Part shown: positions 1 to 10,116 of the stretch, piece after piece
Position numbering within the stretch: position 1 is the first letter of the stretch
How the letters are laid out: the number at the start of each line of letters is the position of its first letter
Program-made: the position numbers and the translations under genes
Source of the DNA: Candidatus Sumerlaeaceae bacterium
Lineage (GTDB): Bacteria > Sumerlaeota > Sumerlaeia > Sumerlaeales > Sumerlaeaceae
DNA: 64,000 nucleotides
Assembly (NCBI GenBank): GCA_026418615.1
Contig: JAOAAY010000004.1
Coordinates: 32,874-96,873 of the forward strand
Direction: 5' to 3'
Notes under the pieces: generated by a model
Database searches by the model: none
Seen by the model: only the letters and a program-made list of their open reading frames with translations
Told to the model about the DNA's origin: nothing

Positions 1-120
1 TCTTTGTGTTGGCCGAGAAATACTTTGTCGCCGGCATCCAACTGGAGGGGCTCAAGGAGTAGCCCGCGCAGCCGCGGCAAAATACCGCCGTACGGCCCCT
101 TGTAGCCTGAGTCGTTCAAG

Positions 121-1875
121 ATGAAAAGCCTTTGGAAGTTGGCGCCGTACATGGCGCGCTATCGGTGGGCGCTGGTCGGCGGCCTTGTGGCGGTCCTCAT
201 CAGCAATTACTTCCAAGTGATCGTGGCGCGCGAGGTGGGGCGTGCCACCGACGCCATGCAGGCGGGGCAGGTCGCCCGCAGCGACTTTGGCTGGTACGCC
301 GGCGCCATTATGCTGTTCACGCTCGTCATGGGTCTGTTCCGCTTTCTGATGCGCTACTGGATCATCGGCGCTTCGCGCCATATCGAGTTCGAGTTTCGCA
401 ACGACTTCTTCGCCAAACTCCAGTCGCTCACCCCGTCGTTTTACGATCGCCACCGGACAGGGGACCTGATGGCACGGGCCACCAATGACTTTGACGCGGT
501 CCGCATGGTGCTGGGGCCGGCGGTCTTGCAGATGGCCAACTCTCTCGCCATTCTGCTGCTTGCCCTGTGGCGCATGTGGACCATTGACGCCCGCCTGATG
601 TTGGCCACCTTGGTGCCGGTGGCCGCCGTGCCCGTGCTGGTCAATGTCCTCGGCAACATGATTCACAGCCGCTTTCGGCGCGTTCAGGATCACTTCTCCA
701 CTATCACCTCGATGGTGCAGGAGAACCTCGCGGGGGTGCGCGTTGTGAGGGCTTTCGTGCAGGAGGACGCGCAACAGGCGCGCTTCGCGGATCTTAACCG
801 CGAGTACATCCGCCTCAACCTCCGGCTCGCTCTCACTCAGGCCGCCCTTTTTCCGGCACTGCGGCTGCTGTTGGGCGTCGCAGTGGTCGTCTTGCTCTGG
901 CAGGGCAGCCTCGAGGTCGTGCGCCAAAAAATCACGCTGGGACAACTCGTCGAATTTTCGCTCATTCAATTGATGATTTACTGGCCGCTCATCGCGCTGG
1001 GCTGGACTGTCAGCCTGTGTCAGCGCGGCGCGGCCTCCATGGAGCGCATCACAGAAATCCTGGACACGGTGCCTGAAGTGTTGGCGGAGCCGGCGAGCCG
1101 GGCGACGGGCCGCGTCACTCGGGGGGCCATCGAAATCCGCAACCTGTCATTCCGCTATGCGCCCGGTCTGCCGTTGGCGCTGGAAAACATAACCGTCACC
1201 GTGCCCGCCGGTAGCAGTCTGGGCGTGGTGGGGCCCACGGGCTCCGGTAAGAGCACCCTTGCGATGTTGCTGGCGCATCTCTATCGCGTCGAACGCGGGT
1301 GCATTTTCATTGACGGCCACGACATCAACGATATCCCGCCGGGCCACTTGCGCGCGTGTGTCAGCCTTGTCCTGCAAGAGACTTTCCTGTTTAGCGACAC
1401 CATCGGCCGCAATATAGGCTTTGGCGCCGAGGCAGCCTCGGAGCAAGCCATCCGCGAGGCAGCCAAACGCGCGCACATCTCTGCGGAAATCGAGGCGTTG
1501 CCCTCGGGCTACGACACGATGCTCGGCGAACGCGGCATCAACCTGTCTGGAGGCCAGAAGCAGCGGGTGGCCATTGCGAGAGCGATCATCCGCAACCCCC
1601 GCATCCTCATCCTCGACGACGCACTCTCGGCGGTGGACACGGAAACCGAGGCCGCCATCATTGACTCGCTGCGCGAGATGGTGATGTCCCGCACAGCCGT
1701 TGTCATCGCGCATCGGATCTCCGCTGTGATGCACTGCGACCAGATTATCGTCATCGAAAATGGCCGTATTACCGAGCGCGGGACCCATGACGATTTGCTG
1801 GCGGCTGGCGGATTGTATGCATCGCTCTATGAGAAGCAACTGTTGGCCGAGGCTGTCGAGGCGGAGGCAGACTGA
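121..1875 (+). CDS. ABC transporter, fused permease/ATP-binding exporter (MsbA/lipid A-multidrug exporter family)
   Basis: 584 aa. An N-terminal six-helix TMD is followed by an NBD with Walker A GPTGSGKST, ABC signature LSGGQKQRVAIARA and Walker B ILILDDALSAVD. Confidence 0.9.
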   Translation: MKSLWKLAPYMARYRWALVGGLVAVLISNYFQVIVAREVGRATDAMQAGQVARSDFGWYAGAIMLFTLVMGLFRFLMRYWIIGASRHIEFEFRNDFFAKLQSLTPSFYDRHRTGDLMARATNDFDAVRMVLGPAVLQMANSLAILLLALWRMWTIDARLMLATLVPVAAVPVLVNVLGNMIHSRFRRVQDHFSTITSMVQENLAGVRVVRAFVQEDAQQARFADLNREYIRLNLRLALTQAALFPALRLLLGVAVVVLLWQGSLEVVRQKITLGQLVEFSLIQLMIYWPLIALGWTVSLCQRGAASMERITEILDTVPEVLAEPASRATGRVTRGAIEIRNLSFRYAPGLPLALENITVTVPAGSSLGVVGPTGSGKSTLAMLLAHLYRVERGCIFIDGHDINDIPPGHLRACVSLVLQETFLFSDTIGRNIGFGAEAASEQAIREAAKRAHISAEIEALPSGYDTMLGERGINLSGGQKQRVAIARAIIRNPRILILDDALSAVDTETEAAIIDSLREMVMSRTAVVIAHRISAVMHCDQIIVIENGRITERGTHDDLLAAGGLYASLYEKQLLAEAVEAEAD

Positions 1876-1879
1876 CACC

Positions 1880-3205
1880 ATGAGCCTGTTTCGTCGCGCG
1901 ACCGCCAGACGCGCAGGTGCCACGAATGCGGCCGCGCTGGTCGCCGTGGCCGTCGCGCTGGCGCTGAGTTACATCCTGCTGCACACATTCCAAATTGGGC
2001 CGCAGACCTCACGCGACGCTTTGTGGGCCTTGCTCGTGGCCGCTGCCGTTTTGTTATGGCTTTTTCTGGCACATCGCAAGCGGGCGGCCGCCGCCCGAGG
2101 CATCCACAGCGCCCCAGCCGTCGTCGAGTCGGCCCCCGAACCCGACGAGGTGATCCGGCTGGTGCTCGAAGTGGAGGACTCCTGCTGGCGCGGCTCCGCC
2201 GCTGTTTTCACCGGACGGCTTCGCGGTCCGTCGCAGTCGGTTTATCAATGTCTGAGCGACCACTATGATCGCGTGGGCTTGATGCCGATGCTTCAGCCGG
2301 CCTCTCAAGGTCGGGTCTCGGTGATTGTCGCACCCAAGTTGCGCGAGCCCGTCCCGAGTCGCCGCGGGATCCTTGTCAACATCGGCCTCTTTCTTCTCAC
2401 ACTGCTGACGACGACTTACGCAGGCGCACGCCTTGAGGGTGTGGACTTGTTGAAAAACCCCGAGCGCTTTGCCGCGGGGCTGCCCTACTCGCTGGGATTG
2501 CTGGGCATCCTTGGTTTCCACGAGATGGGACACTACATTGCGGCGCGTCTGCACGGCATGAGCGTGACTCCGCCCTACTTCATCCCGGTACCTTTTGCCT
2601 TGGGCACCTTCGGCGCTTTTATCCAGATGCGATCGCCTTCGGAGCAGCGACGCTCACTTTTCGATGTGGCTGTTGCTGGACCGCTCGCCGGGCTAGTTGT
2701 GGCGATCCCGGCGCTCGTCATGGGCTATCAGCAATCGCGCATCGTCCCGTGGCTGCCGCAATTTCTCATAGATGCGCTGGCCGACACCCTGCCGATCCAA
2801 TCATACCTGATGCACTTGGTCGGCGTCCTCACCCTTGGACCGAAGATCAAAGACGCGGCGCTCATAGACCTCAGTCCTCTGGCGTTCGCCGGTTACTTGG
2901 GCCTTCTTGTGACGGCGCTCAACCTGCTTCCGATCGGGCAACTTGACGGCGGCCACATTGCCCGCGCCATGTTCGGCCAACGCACGGGCACTTGGATCAG
3001 CCACGCTGCGCTTGCCGCGCTTTTTGGTGCGGCGCTAACCGTGGCGCCAGCCCTGATGCCGTGGGCGGTCATTGTGACAGTGTTGGGCACGGCACGGCCG
3101 ATTCCCCCCATGGATGATGTCACGCCCATCGGGCCGGGTCGCAAACTGTTGGGTTGGCTGGCCTTTGTGATTCTGGCGCTGATCCTCTGGCCCGCGCCAG
3201 CGTGA
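1880..3205 (+). CDS. site-2 protease family (peptidase M50) membrane metalloprotease
   Basis: HEMGHYIAARLHG (HExxH) lies in a polytopic membrane protein, and a later LDGG-like motif (GQLDGGHIA) is present. The ATG at 1880 abuts the stop of the upstream ABC gene, and the longer 1760 start overlaps that gene. Confidence 0.8.
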   Translation: MSLFRRATARRAGATNAAALVAVAVALALSYILLHTFQIGPQTSRDALWALLVAAAVLLWLFLAHRKRAAAARGIHSAPAVVESAPEPDEVIRLVLEVEDSCWRGSAAVFTGRLRGPSQSVYQCLSDHYDRVGLMPMLQPASQGRVSVIVAPKLREPVPSRRGILVNIGLFLLTLLTTTYAGARLEGVDLLKNPERFAAGLPYSLGLLGILGFHEMGHYIAARLHGMSVTPPYFIPVPFALGTFGAFIQMRSPSEQRRSLFDVAVAGPLAGLVVAIPALVMGYQQSRIVPWLPQFLIDALADTLPIQSYLMHLVGVLTLGPKIKDAALIDLSPLAFAGYLGLLVTALNLLPIGQLDGGHIARAMFGQRTGTWISHAALAALFGAALTVAPALMPWAVIVTVLGTARPIPPMDDVTPIGPGRKLLGWLAFVILALILWPAPA

Positions 3206-3964
3206 TCACATGGACATGCCGCCGTCCACCACCAGGACGGTCCCCGTGACATAATTGGCCAGGGGCGAGGCAAGGTAGAGCGCCGCACCCGCGATGTCCG
3301 AGGGCTCGCCGAAGCGCCCCATGGGAATTTCCTGCAACACGGCTTCGCGGACCTTCTCGCCGAGGACATTGGTCATGTCGCTCGTGATAAAGCCGGGAGC
3401 AATGGCATTGACGCGCACACCCCGCCCGGCCAGTTCGCGCGCCAGCGATTTGGTGAAGCCAATGATCCCCGCCTTGCTGGCCGCGTAATTGGTTTGCCCG
3501 GCATTGCCCATGATGCCGGCCACGGAACTGATGTTGATGATCGAGCCCGAACGCGCGCGCATCATGTGTTTTGACGCGGCCCGGGAGCAGGCAAAGACGC
3601 TTTTGAGGTTCGTCGTGATGACGGTGTCCCACGCCTCTTCGTCCATGCGCATCAGCAGCCCGTCGCGGGTGATTCCCGCGTTGTTGACCAGAATGTCAAT
3701 CTTGCCAAATTCTTTTACGGCCGTCTCGACGATCCGTTCGCAGTCGGCCGCCGAGGCGACATCCGCCTGCACAGCCACCGCCCGGCGGCCGAGTTCCGTG
3801 GCGAGAGACAGGAGTTCATCCACGGGGGTCCGGTTGTAATTGACCACGACATCTGCGCCCGCGCGCAGATACTCCTCGGCGATGGCGCGTCCAAGGCCGC
3901 GGCTGGCACCGGTAACCACCGCGGATTTTCCTTCGAGGGATATTGTTTTCATGGCGCGCAACAC
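3206..3964 (-). CDS. fabG: 3-oxoacyl-[acyl-carrier-protein] reductase (SDR family)
   Basis: TGASRGLGRAIA Rossmann motif, NNAGI, and the catalytic YAASKAG (YxxxK). About 245 aa, with FabG-like overall composition. Its stop abuts the M50 gene stop, so the two genes converge. Confidence 0.85.
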   Translation of the reverse strand: MLRAMKTISLEGKSAVVTGASRGLGRAIAEEYLRAGADVVVNYNRTPVDELLSLATELGRRAVAVQADVASAADCERIVETAVKEFGKIDILVNNAGITRDGLLMRMDEEAWDTVITTNLKSVFACSRAASKHMMRARSGSIINISSVAGIMGNAGQTNYAASKAGIIGFTKSLARELAGRGVRVNAIAPGFITSDMTNVLGEKVREAVLQEIPMGRFGEPSDIAGAALYLASPLANYVTGTVLVVDGGMSM

Positions 3965-4023
3965 AACCCGCGGCGGATGCCATGCTCAACACAAAAGGCG
4001 CGCGGCGACTGCCTTTCGAGAAG

Positions 4024-4911
4024 TCAGAAGCCGAAGGGGCCGCGCCGCCTCGGCTCGCCTCCCGGAGCGACGGGAGCCTCCCCACCGCCCAACCGTGCGC
4101 GCAAACGGCCATTGGCAATGAACAAACCCAGTTCGTCGCCCGGTTTGTCGGGCGGCAGGGCCGCGGCTCGCCCACTGCCAAGGTTGTACACGACAAATGC
4201 CGTCTGGCCGGTCGCGTCCACACCGCCGAGCAGCAGGTCGTCCGAGGCCTCCGAGTAGTCAAGGACTCGGACGCCTGCGCGCATCCCCTCGATCACGATA
4301 GGCGGATCCTCCACCATTCCCTCGGCTTGCGGGCGGATCACACGGGCCTCGAGTTGTCCGGTCTTTGTGTTGTCGCCGACCACGAGCAGATTGCGCTTCC
4401 TCACAAACAAACGCTGGCCGTCGAGGTCGAGTTCGATCAGCGAGCGATAAGGCTTGGCCAGGGCGCTGATGGTACTGCGATTTTTGTGGGAAACGAGCAG
4501 ATACTGTCCGCCGCGCTCGATGTCAAAGCGCGTGCCCCGGATTTCCGACTCGCCGGCGAGCAGCAGGGGTTTGCCCTCGTCGAGGGTCAACTGGGCCACG
4601 GCTTCGCCCGACTCGGCGCGCCAGAGGTCAATCACTTCCGTGGATACATCATTGCACTGCTGTGTGTCGGGCATTAAAATAGCCTCTTTGCGGCCCGGTA
4701 GCGTGATATAAACCAGATTTCCGGCGGCGTTGCGCCGGGCCGTGATCTTCGACGGATCGCGCGGCATCTCGCCGCACACGCCGCCCGCGAGGCGGGCAAG
4801 GTCGGCACGGCTGAAGGTGACGACGGAGCCGCGCTGGGCCATCGCGGCAGGCGCGGCGGACATCAGAATAGCCACAAGAGCGGGAACTGCAGCAAGCGTG
4901 CGCATCAGCAT
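4024..4911 (-). CDS. hypothetical secreted protein (signal peptide MLMRTLAAVPALVAILMSAAPAAMAQ)
   Basis: Long ORF with GC3-rich codon usage consistent with the genome, and an N-terminal signal peptide. No recognisable catalytic motif. Confidence 0.5.
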   Translation of the reverse strand: MLMRTLAAVPALVAILMSAAPAAMAQRGSVVTFSRADLARLAGGVCGEMPRDPSKITARRNAAGNLVYITLPGRKEAILMPDTQQCNDVSTEVIDLWRAESGEAVAQLTLDEGKPLLLAGESEIRGTRFDIERGGQYLLVSHKNRSTISALAKPYRSLIELDLDGQRLFVRKRNLLVVGDNTKTGQLEARVIRPQAEGMVEDPPIVIEGMRAGVRVLDYSEASDDLLLGGVDATGQTAFVVYNLGSGRAAALPPDKPGDELGLFIANGRLRARLGGGEAPVAPGGEPRRRGPFGF

Positions 4912-5114
4912 GCACTCCTCGGGAATCGGAACAACGGTCTGTTAGTAAATTGTTTTTGCGGCACACGATACCAGATGCGTGCCTGCGACCCAGTCACGCG
5001 CCGGCGCGCAGTGCCTGCAAGTTCTAATACGCCGGGCGGCGCTCATTCGCTGTTGCGAACGCGACTGTGGAGGATTTGCCTGACGCGCAGAACCCCAGAC
5101 ACGGAGATAACACC

Positions 5115-5864
5115 ATGAAGGTCGTTGGCGTGATCCCGGCGCGTTACGCGTCCACGCGGCTGCCGGCCAAGCCGCTCCACCCCATTGCGGGCAAACCGCT
5201 CGTGCAATGGGTTTGGGAGGCGGCTTCGCGGGCGCAAACCCTGAACGAACTGGTTGTGGCCACCGACGACGAGCGCATCGCAGCCACCGCCCGCGGATTC
5301 GGCGCGGAAGTGGCCATGACGCCGGCCGAATGTCCCAGCGGCACAGACCGCGTGGCGGCGGCGCTCGAGGGACGCGAAGCGGATATAGCCGTGAACATCC
5401 AGGGCGACGAACCACTGATGCCCGCAGAAAACATTGACGCCTGCGTGCGCGCCCTGTTATCGCAGCCGGACGCGGCCGTCAGCACCCCCATGGTTCCGCT
5501 CAACCACGCGGCCGACCTCGAAGCCCCCCATGTTGTCAAGGTGGTCACCGATTCGCGCGGCTGGGCCTTGTACTTCTCCCGCTCGCCAATCCCCAACCGC
5601 TCGCGCCTCACGCCGGAGGAGACAGCCGCGACTCGGCCACTGGCCATGAAACACCTGGGCCTGTATGTTTACCGCCGCGACGCGCTGAAAGCGTTCGTTG
5701 CGATGAAGCCTTCCCGATATGAATTGATCGAAAAATTGGAGCAACTGCGCTTCCTGGAGGCCGGCTATCGAATCCTCATGGTACCGGTTACGGGAGACTC
5801 CATCGGCGTGGATACGCCGGAAGATGCGGAGGCCGTGGAGCGCATGCTCGCGGCGCGCGGGTAA
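5115..5864 (+). CDS. kdsB: 3-deoxy-manno-octulosonate cytidylyltransferase (CMP-KDO synthetase)
   Basis: N-terminus MKVVGVIPARYASTRLPAKPLHPIAGKPLVQWVWEAA is the canonical KdsB start. 249 aa. An RBS-like sequence lies upstream of the ATG at 5115. Confidence 0.9.
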   Translation: MKVVGVIPARYASTRLPAKPLHPIAGKPLVQWVWEAASRAQTLNELVVATDDERIAATARGFGAEVAMTPAECPSGTDRVAAALEGREADIAVNIQGDEPLMPAENIDACVRALLSQPDAAVSTPMVPLNHAADLEAPHVVKVVTDSRGWALYFSRSPIPNRSRLTPEETAATRPLAMKHLGLYVYRRDALKAFVAMKPSRYELIEKLEQLRFLEAGYRILMVPVTGDSIGVDTPEDAEAVERMLAARG

Positions 5865-6019
5865 ATCGGACTGCTTCGGTCACCGTGCTGCCTTGACGGT
5901 TTCACTTGAATAGGTCTTGCCCCTCGGGACTTGTTCTTAAGCAAAGACTGGACATGCGGCCTGCAAAACGGGCCGCGATCGGTCCCCCATCGTTGGGCAT
6001 CATTAACCGGAGTTCATCC

Positions 6020-6685
6020 ATGAATACCCGTTACTCGAAAGCGTTTACGCTGATTGAATTGCTCATTGTGGTGGCAATCATTGCCATCCTCGCAGCAATC
6101 GCTGTTCCCAACTTCCTCGAGGCCCAGACCCGATCCAAGGTGTCGCGCGTCAAGGCTGACCAACGCTCCATTGCCACCGCGGCAGAGGCTTACTGCGTGG
6201 ACAACAACAAGTATCCCCCCAACCGCGCTGTGCCACAGTACCGCATGGACGATGTTCAGTTCTTCACGACGCCCATCGCCTACATATCCTCGCTGCCAAG
6301 CGACCCGTTCATTCCGCAGCAGGCGCTCTCGGGCGGTACCCAAATCAAGGGTTTCCAGTATTTCAATTACGACCGCAGCATCAATCTGGGCCCGAGCAAC
6401 ACCCTGACTTCGTGGGGCGTGCTGGTAGCCTCCGCGCCGGGAACACTCGACATCAAAGGCGCCTGCGTGAAGAGTTACGGTCCCGATGCAGGCAAGAAAC
6501 TGGTCCCCGGCCCCGCCCTGCCCGGAGATGATGGTGGCGAGTGGGCAGTGTTTGGGCTCAATAAGAATGTGGCCGGAACCCTCGGCATCAACATGCTGTA
6601 CGATCCGACAAACGGCACGGTGAGCGCGGGCGATGTGCTGCGCTTTATGGGCGACACCAATAGCGTACCGCAGGTGCCCAACTGA
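6020..6685 (+). CDS. prepilin-type N-terminal cleavage/methylation domain protein (type II secretion/type IV pseudopilin-like)
   Basis: KAFTLIELLIVVAIIAILAAIAVPNF is a class III signal peptide / N-methyl-Phe motif. FLEAQTRSKVSRVKADQRSIATAAEAY is GspG-like. A GGAG RBS precedes the ATG at 6020. Confidence 0.8.
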   Translation: MNTRYSKAFTLIELLIVVAIIAILAAIAVPNFLEAQTRSKVSRVKADQRSIATAAEAYCVDNNKYPPNRAVPQYRMDDVQFFTTPIAYISSLPSDPFIPQQALSGGTQIKGFQYFNYDRSINLGPSNTLTSWGVLVASAPGTLDIKGACVKSYGPDAGKKLVPGPALPGDDGGEWAVFGLNKNVAGTLGINMLYDPTNGTVSAGDVLRFMGDTNSVPQVPN

Positions 6686-6850
6686 TCCGCGACGGCATCC
6701 CCCGGCTGCGGTGCGAGGCCTGTGGCTTGAATGCGGTTTCACTGGCCTGCCATGCAGATTAGGCTTGCACCGCCGTTCATTCGCCCCTTGAATCGCGCGC
6801 GTAAGTGTGAACTCGGAGTTCGCATTAATCACGGAACAAGGAGGTTCCAA

Positions 6851-7741
6851 ATGAAGCGCTTACTTGGTCTTCTTTTGGGTGCCCTGCTCACGGTGAGCAG
6901 CGCGTCAGCCGCAGATGTGATTCTCTACCTGAACTTCGATCAGGCGGCTGACGGCGTTTACAGCGATGGCACGACCTACACGATTGGGACTTCGGAAATT
7001 GCGAATCCAGCGGTGGCCGGTTTGGGAACGATGGATATCTTTTTCCGCAACTTCTCCGGTGACGGTCCTGCCATCGGGACGCTCCCTGGCGGCCTGACGG
7101 GAACTGCACAGGGCGGCAAGGCGCTGCTGCTCAACTCGGGTGCCGGTCAGTCAGAAGGTTTACAGGCGCGTGTGACCAATGGTCTTCCGCTTGCCGACGA
7201 TCTGACGCTCGAGGTTATCTGGTGGACAAACAATCCGTCGGGCGGCAGTAACACGGTCGGGATCCAAAGCCCCCTCGGCAATGAATGGCCGTTCGGTCAG
7301 CGCTGCCAGTTCTTCATCCGCACGGTTGGCGCCACCACCATGCAGTGGTTCTCTGACCGTGGCGACAGCAACAGCGAGCGCGTTACCGAGACAACGACCA
7401 TTGTCGCGAACAGGCTGTATCACGATGTGCTCGTGTTTGACTACAACACGACCACTCCGGCTCAAAGCCAAATTTTGGCCTATCGCGACGGCAGCCTTGT
7501 GGGGACCAGCATTTACGATGCCTCCACGGCGGCCTTTGCTTTCTTTAGCCAAGGATACCTCGGTCAGCGGCGAGTTGCCGTGGGCTTTGCCAATGGTCAG
7601 GATGCCAACCCGAGCGATCACCGCGGCGTGAGTGGCGGCATTGATGCTGTCGCGATCTCGCGCGGCGTCCGCACACCGGGCAACTTCTTCCTGCCGGCTG
7701 GAGCGCCAGCGGCGGTCAAGGATTGGGCGCTGTTTAACTGA
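6851..7741 (+). CDS. secreted concanavalin/LamG-like domain protein (hypothetical)
   Basis: Signal peptide MKRLLGLLLGALLTVSSASAAD and an internal beta-sandwich-like composition (LTLEVIWW...LYHDVLVFDY...AYRDGSLVG). It lies immediately downstream of the pseudopilin gene. Confidence 0.55.
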   Translation: MKRLLGLLLGALLTVSSASAADVILYLNFDQAADGVYSDGTTYTIGTSEIANPAVAGLGTMDIFFRNFSGDGPAIGTLPGGLTGTAQGGKALLLNSGAGQSEGLQARVTNGLPLADDLTLEVIWWTNNPSGGSNTVGIQSPLGNEWPFGQRCQFFIRTVGATTMQWFSDRGDSNSERVTETTTIVANRLYHDVLVFDYNTTTPAQSQILAYRDGSLVGTSIYDASTAAFAFFSQGYLGQRRVAVGFANGQDANPSDHRGVSGGIDAVAISRGVRTPGNFFLPAGAPAAVKDWALFN

Positions 7742-7769
7742 CCGCTCCGGTCAAAGTGTTTTGAGGAAT

Positions 7770-7812
7770 GGGGCGGGTCCGCCGGGTGCGGGCCCGCCCC
7801 GATTTGTTTGTT
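7770..7812. terminator. bidirectional rho-independent terminator between convergent genes
   Basis: GGGGCGGG...CCCGCCCC inverted repeat (7770-7800) is followed by GATTTGTTTGTTGT. It sits between the + strand gene ending at 7741 and the - strand ALDH ending at 7817. Confidence 0.5.
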
Positions 7813-7816
7813 GTGC

Positions 7817-9265
7817 TCAATCCGGCGGCGGCTCGAGACGCACCGAAACCATGCGCTGCTCCGTAAGGGCCTCTGCAGCCCACCGGACACCCTCGCGCCC
7901 CAGCCCGCTCGATTTGACACCGCCGTAAGGTTGGTTGTCCGCCCGCAGGGAGGGCGAATCATTGATGACCACGCCGCCGAACTCCAACTCCCTCGCTGCG
8001 TGAGCAATGCGCCCGATGTCGCGCGTGAACACTGCCGCCTGCAGCCCGTATCGCGTGTCGTTGGCCCGGCACAATGCCTCGTCAAAGGATTCGTACGGCT
8101 CGATGACCGCCACCGGCCCGAAGATTTCCTCGCGGTACACCTTCATGTCGGGCGAAACATCGCCCAGCAAAGTGGGCTCCATCATCGTGCCGCGCCTTCT
8201 CCCGCCAGTAATGAGTTTGGCTCCGGCATGGCGCGCTTCGGCAATCCATTCCTCGACCCGCTGCGCCGCCGACTCGCTGATCATGGGCCCGACGATCGTC
8301 TCCGGATCCATCGGATCGCCTACCTTCAGTTCGCCCATGGCCTCGACAAACCACACCTGAAATTCGCGGTACAGCGACTGGTGCACGATCAACCGCTGCG
8401 TCTTGATGCATACCTGGCCCGCCGCAGCGAAGGCCGACTTAACCAGCCGCGACACGGCCCATGCCAAATCGGCATCCTCGTGAACGATAGCCGGAGCGTT
8501 GCCGCCCAACTCGAGAATCACTTTTTTCCGTCCTGCCAGATCGCGCAGCCGCCACCCCGTGCGGTCGCTGCCCGTGAACGACAGCGCTTTCATGCGCGGA
8601 TCGAGGACGAGACGCTCTGCGAGAGGGACCTCGGCATGGACAACATTGACAGCCCCGGGCGGCGCTCCCGCCTGCTCGATCAACTCGCCCAGCAACACCG
8701 CCGTCAGGGGCGCGTGAGGCGCGGGCTTCACGATGACACTGTTACCGGCCGCCAGCGCCGGTCCCACCTTGTGGGCCACCAGATTCAATGGGAAGTTGAA
8801 CGGTGTGATAGCAGCCACCGGCCCGATGGGAATTTTCAGGGTCCAGCCGGCGCATCCTTCCGTGGCCCGGGTGATGTCCAGCGGCACCACTTCCCCACCG
8901 AGACGCAGGGCCTCGCACGCGCACAGACGGAAGGTGGTCACGGCTCGCTCCACCTCCGCGTGCGACAGGCGGATGGGCTTGCCCATCTCGCGGGTGATGA
9001 GTTCCGCGAATTCGTCCCGGCGGGCTTCAAGGCTGTCGGCCACCGTGCGCAGAATTCGCGACCGCTCGCCGCGCGGCAGACGCCGCATGTCCGCAAAACC
9101 GTCGGTGGCGGCCCGTATCGCGTCGTCCAACAGTTTTTCGCTCGCCGTTGCCATGGTGCCCGTCAGCGAGCCATCCCACGGGGAACGCACCTCGAGGTGC
9201 GGCTGAGCATCAAGCCAGGTGCCGCCGATCAGGAGGCGTCCTTTCAGGGGAAGTCTCAGGGTCAT
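7817..9265 (-). CDS. NAD(P)-dependent aldehyde dehydrogenase
   Basis: 482 aa with ALDH motifs: VILELGGNAP (glutamate active-site region), AGQVCIKTQRL (catalytic Cys) and FTGS. Confidence 0.9.
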   Translation of the reverse strand: MTLRLPLKGRLLIGGTWLDAQPHLEVRSPWDGSLTGTMATASEKLLDDAIRAATDGFADMRRLPRGERSRILRTVADSLEARRDEFAELITREMGKPIRLSHAEVERAVTTFRLCACEALRLGGEVVPLDITRATEGCAGWTLKIPIGPVAAITPFNFPLNLVAHKVGPALAAGNSVIVKPAPHAPLTAVLLGELIEQAGAPPGAVNVVHAEVPLAERLVLDPRMKALSFTGSDRTGWRLRDLAGRKKVILELGGNAPAIVHEDADLAWAVSRLVKSAFAAAGQVCIKTQRLIVHQSLYREFQVWFVEAMGELKVGDPMDPETIVGPMISESAAQRVEEWIAEARHAGAKLITGGRRRGTMMEPTLLGDVSPDMKVYREEIFGPVAVIEPYESFDEALCRANDTRYGLQAAVFTRDIGRIAHAARELEFGGVVINDSPSLRADNQPYGGVKSSGLGREGVRWAAEALTEQRMVSVRLEPPPD

Positions 9266-9279
9266 GGCTGCGCGGCGCG

Positions 9280-9819
9280 CTATTTCTCGACGGGTTCCAT
9301 CAGCCGCAGCGTGCCGTTGCCCGTGCGGTGCACGATCAGCCAGCGGCCGTCGCCGCTGTTGACGAACGGCAAGAATGCGTCGCCGCTTTCTGCCAGCGAT
9401 TCAACCGCTTCGGCAATGGAAAGGGTGGGCATGACCATAGGGACAGCCTTGAGCGAACGCGGCATTTTCAGCGGAGCGCGGGCGGCCTCGGCCGGAGATG
9501 CGGCGGGCGCCGGGGCGACGCGGCCGCGCTTCTTGCCGCCGCGCAACTTGGCCCATTTCTTTTTCAACTGCGCCTCGGCCTTGTCTATGAGCAGATCCAC
9601 CGCCCGGGTCAGGTTCGGATCGCGCGTGGCGACCGTCACACTGACCGGTCCATCCTTGAGCATCAACTCGGCCTTGTGCTGGTAGGCATCCTTCTCGATG
9701 ACTACATCAATGCCATGCACGCGCTCGGCATACTTCACGATGCGCGGGAGTTTCGACTCGATGTACTCGCGAACCTCTTTGGTGATTTTGACATGGCGTC
9801 CTTTGATGCGAGTGCTCAT
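9280..9819 (-). CDS. hpf: ribosome hibernation promoting factor, long form (S30EA/sigma-54 modulation protein family)
   Basis: MSTRIKGRHVKITKEVREYIESKLPRIVKYAERVHGIDVVIEKDAYQHKAELMLK is a typical HPF N-domain. A C-terminal extension domain is present. It lies directly downstream of ALDH on the same strand. Confidence 0.85.
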   Translation of the reverse strand: MSTRIKGRHVKITKEVREYIESKLPRIVKYAERVHGIDVVIEKDAYQHKAELMLKDGPVSVTVATRDPNLTRAVDLLIDKAEAQLKKKWAKLRGGKKRGRVAPAPAASPAEAARAPLKMPRSLKAVPMVMPTLSIAEAVESLAESGDAFLPFVNSGDGRWLIVHRTGNGTLRLMEPVEK

Positions 9820-10116
9820 GAGCGGCCTCCGGGAATGTGATGGGCGGGTCCGGTCGCGACCGCGCGCAACAGCGCACCCCAATGGTGTTGAGCCGTCCGG
9901 CTGTTTGCACCGGCGGCCAGGGCGTTGGATCAGCGCGTTTCGTGGTCACCTGATTCGCGGCACCCGCCTAATCGTAGAAGAGTCTGTCCCTCTTCGTCCC
10001 TCATCTGCAACCCCAAACGGGATGGCGAAACAATTGCGGCACGATTATCGGTCCCAATGGACTGTTTGTTTCTCGCGTGTCGAGGTGTCGGACAAACTGT
10101 TCAGGGGTTCATTGAG

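Noticed and set aside
52-969. 305-aa minus-strand ORF overlapping the ABC exporter gene
   Set aside because: It is antisense to a gene with unambiguous Walker/ABC motifs. The translation is Arg/His/Gln-rich low-complexity, which is typical of GC-rich shadow frames.
7808-9685. 625-aa plus-strand ORF
   Set aside because: It is antisense to the aldehyde dehydrogenase and HPF genes. It has no motifs and an Arg/Gly/Pro-rich composition, so it is a shadow ORF.
9925-10116. Extended 5' start of the SBBP gene (MDQRVSWSPDS...)
   Set aside because: This extension lacks a signal peptide and overlaps the HPF promoter region. The Met at 10117 gives a clean signal peptide, so the shorter start is preferred.
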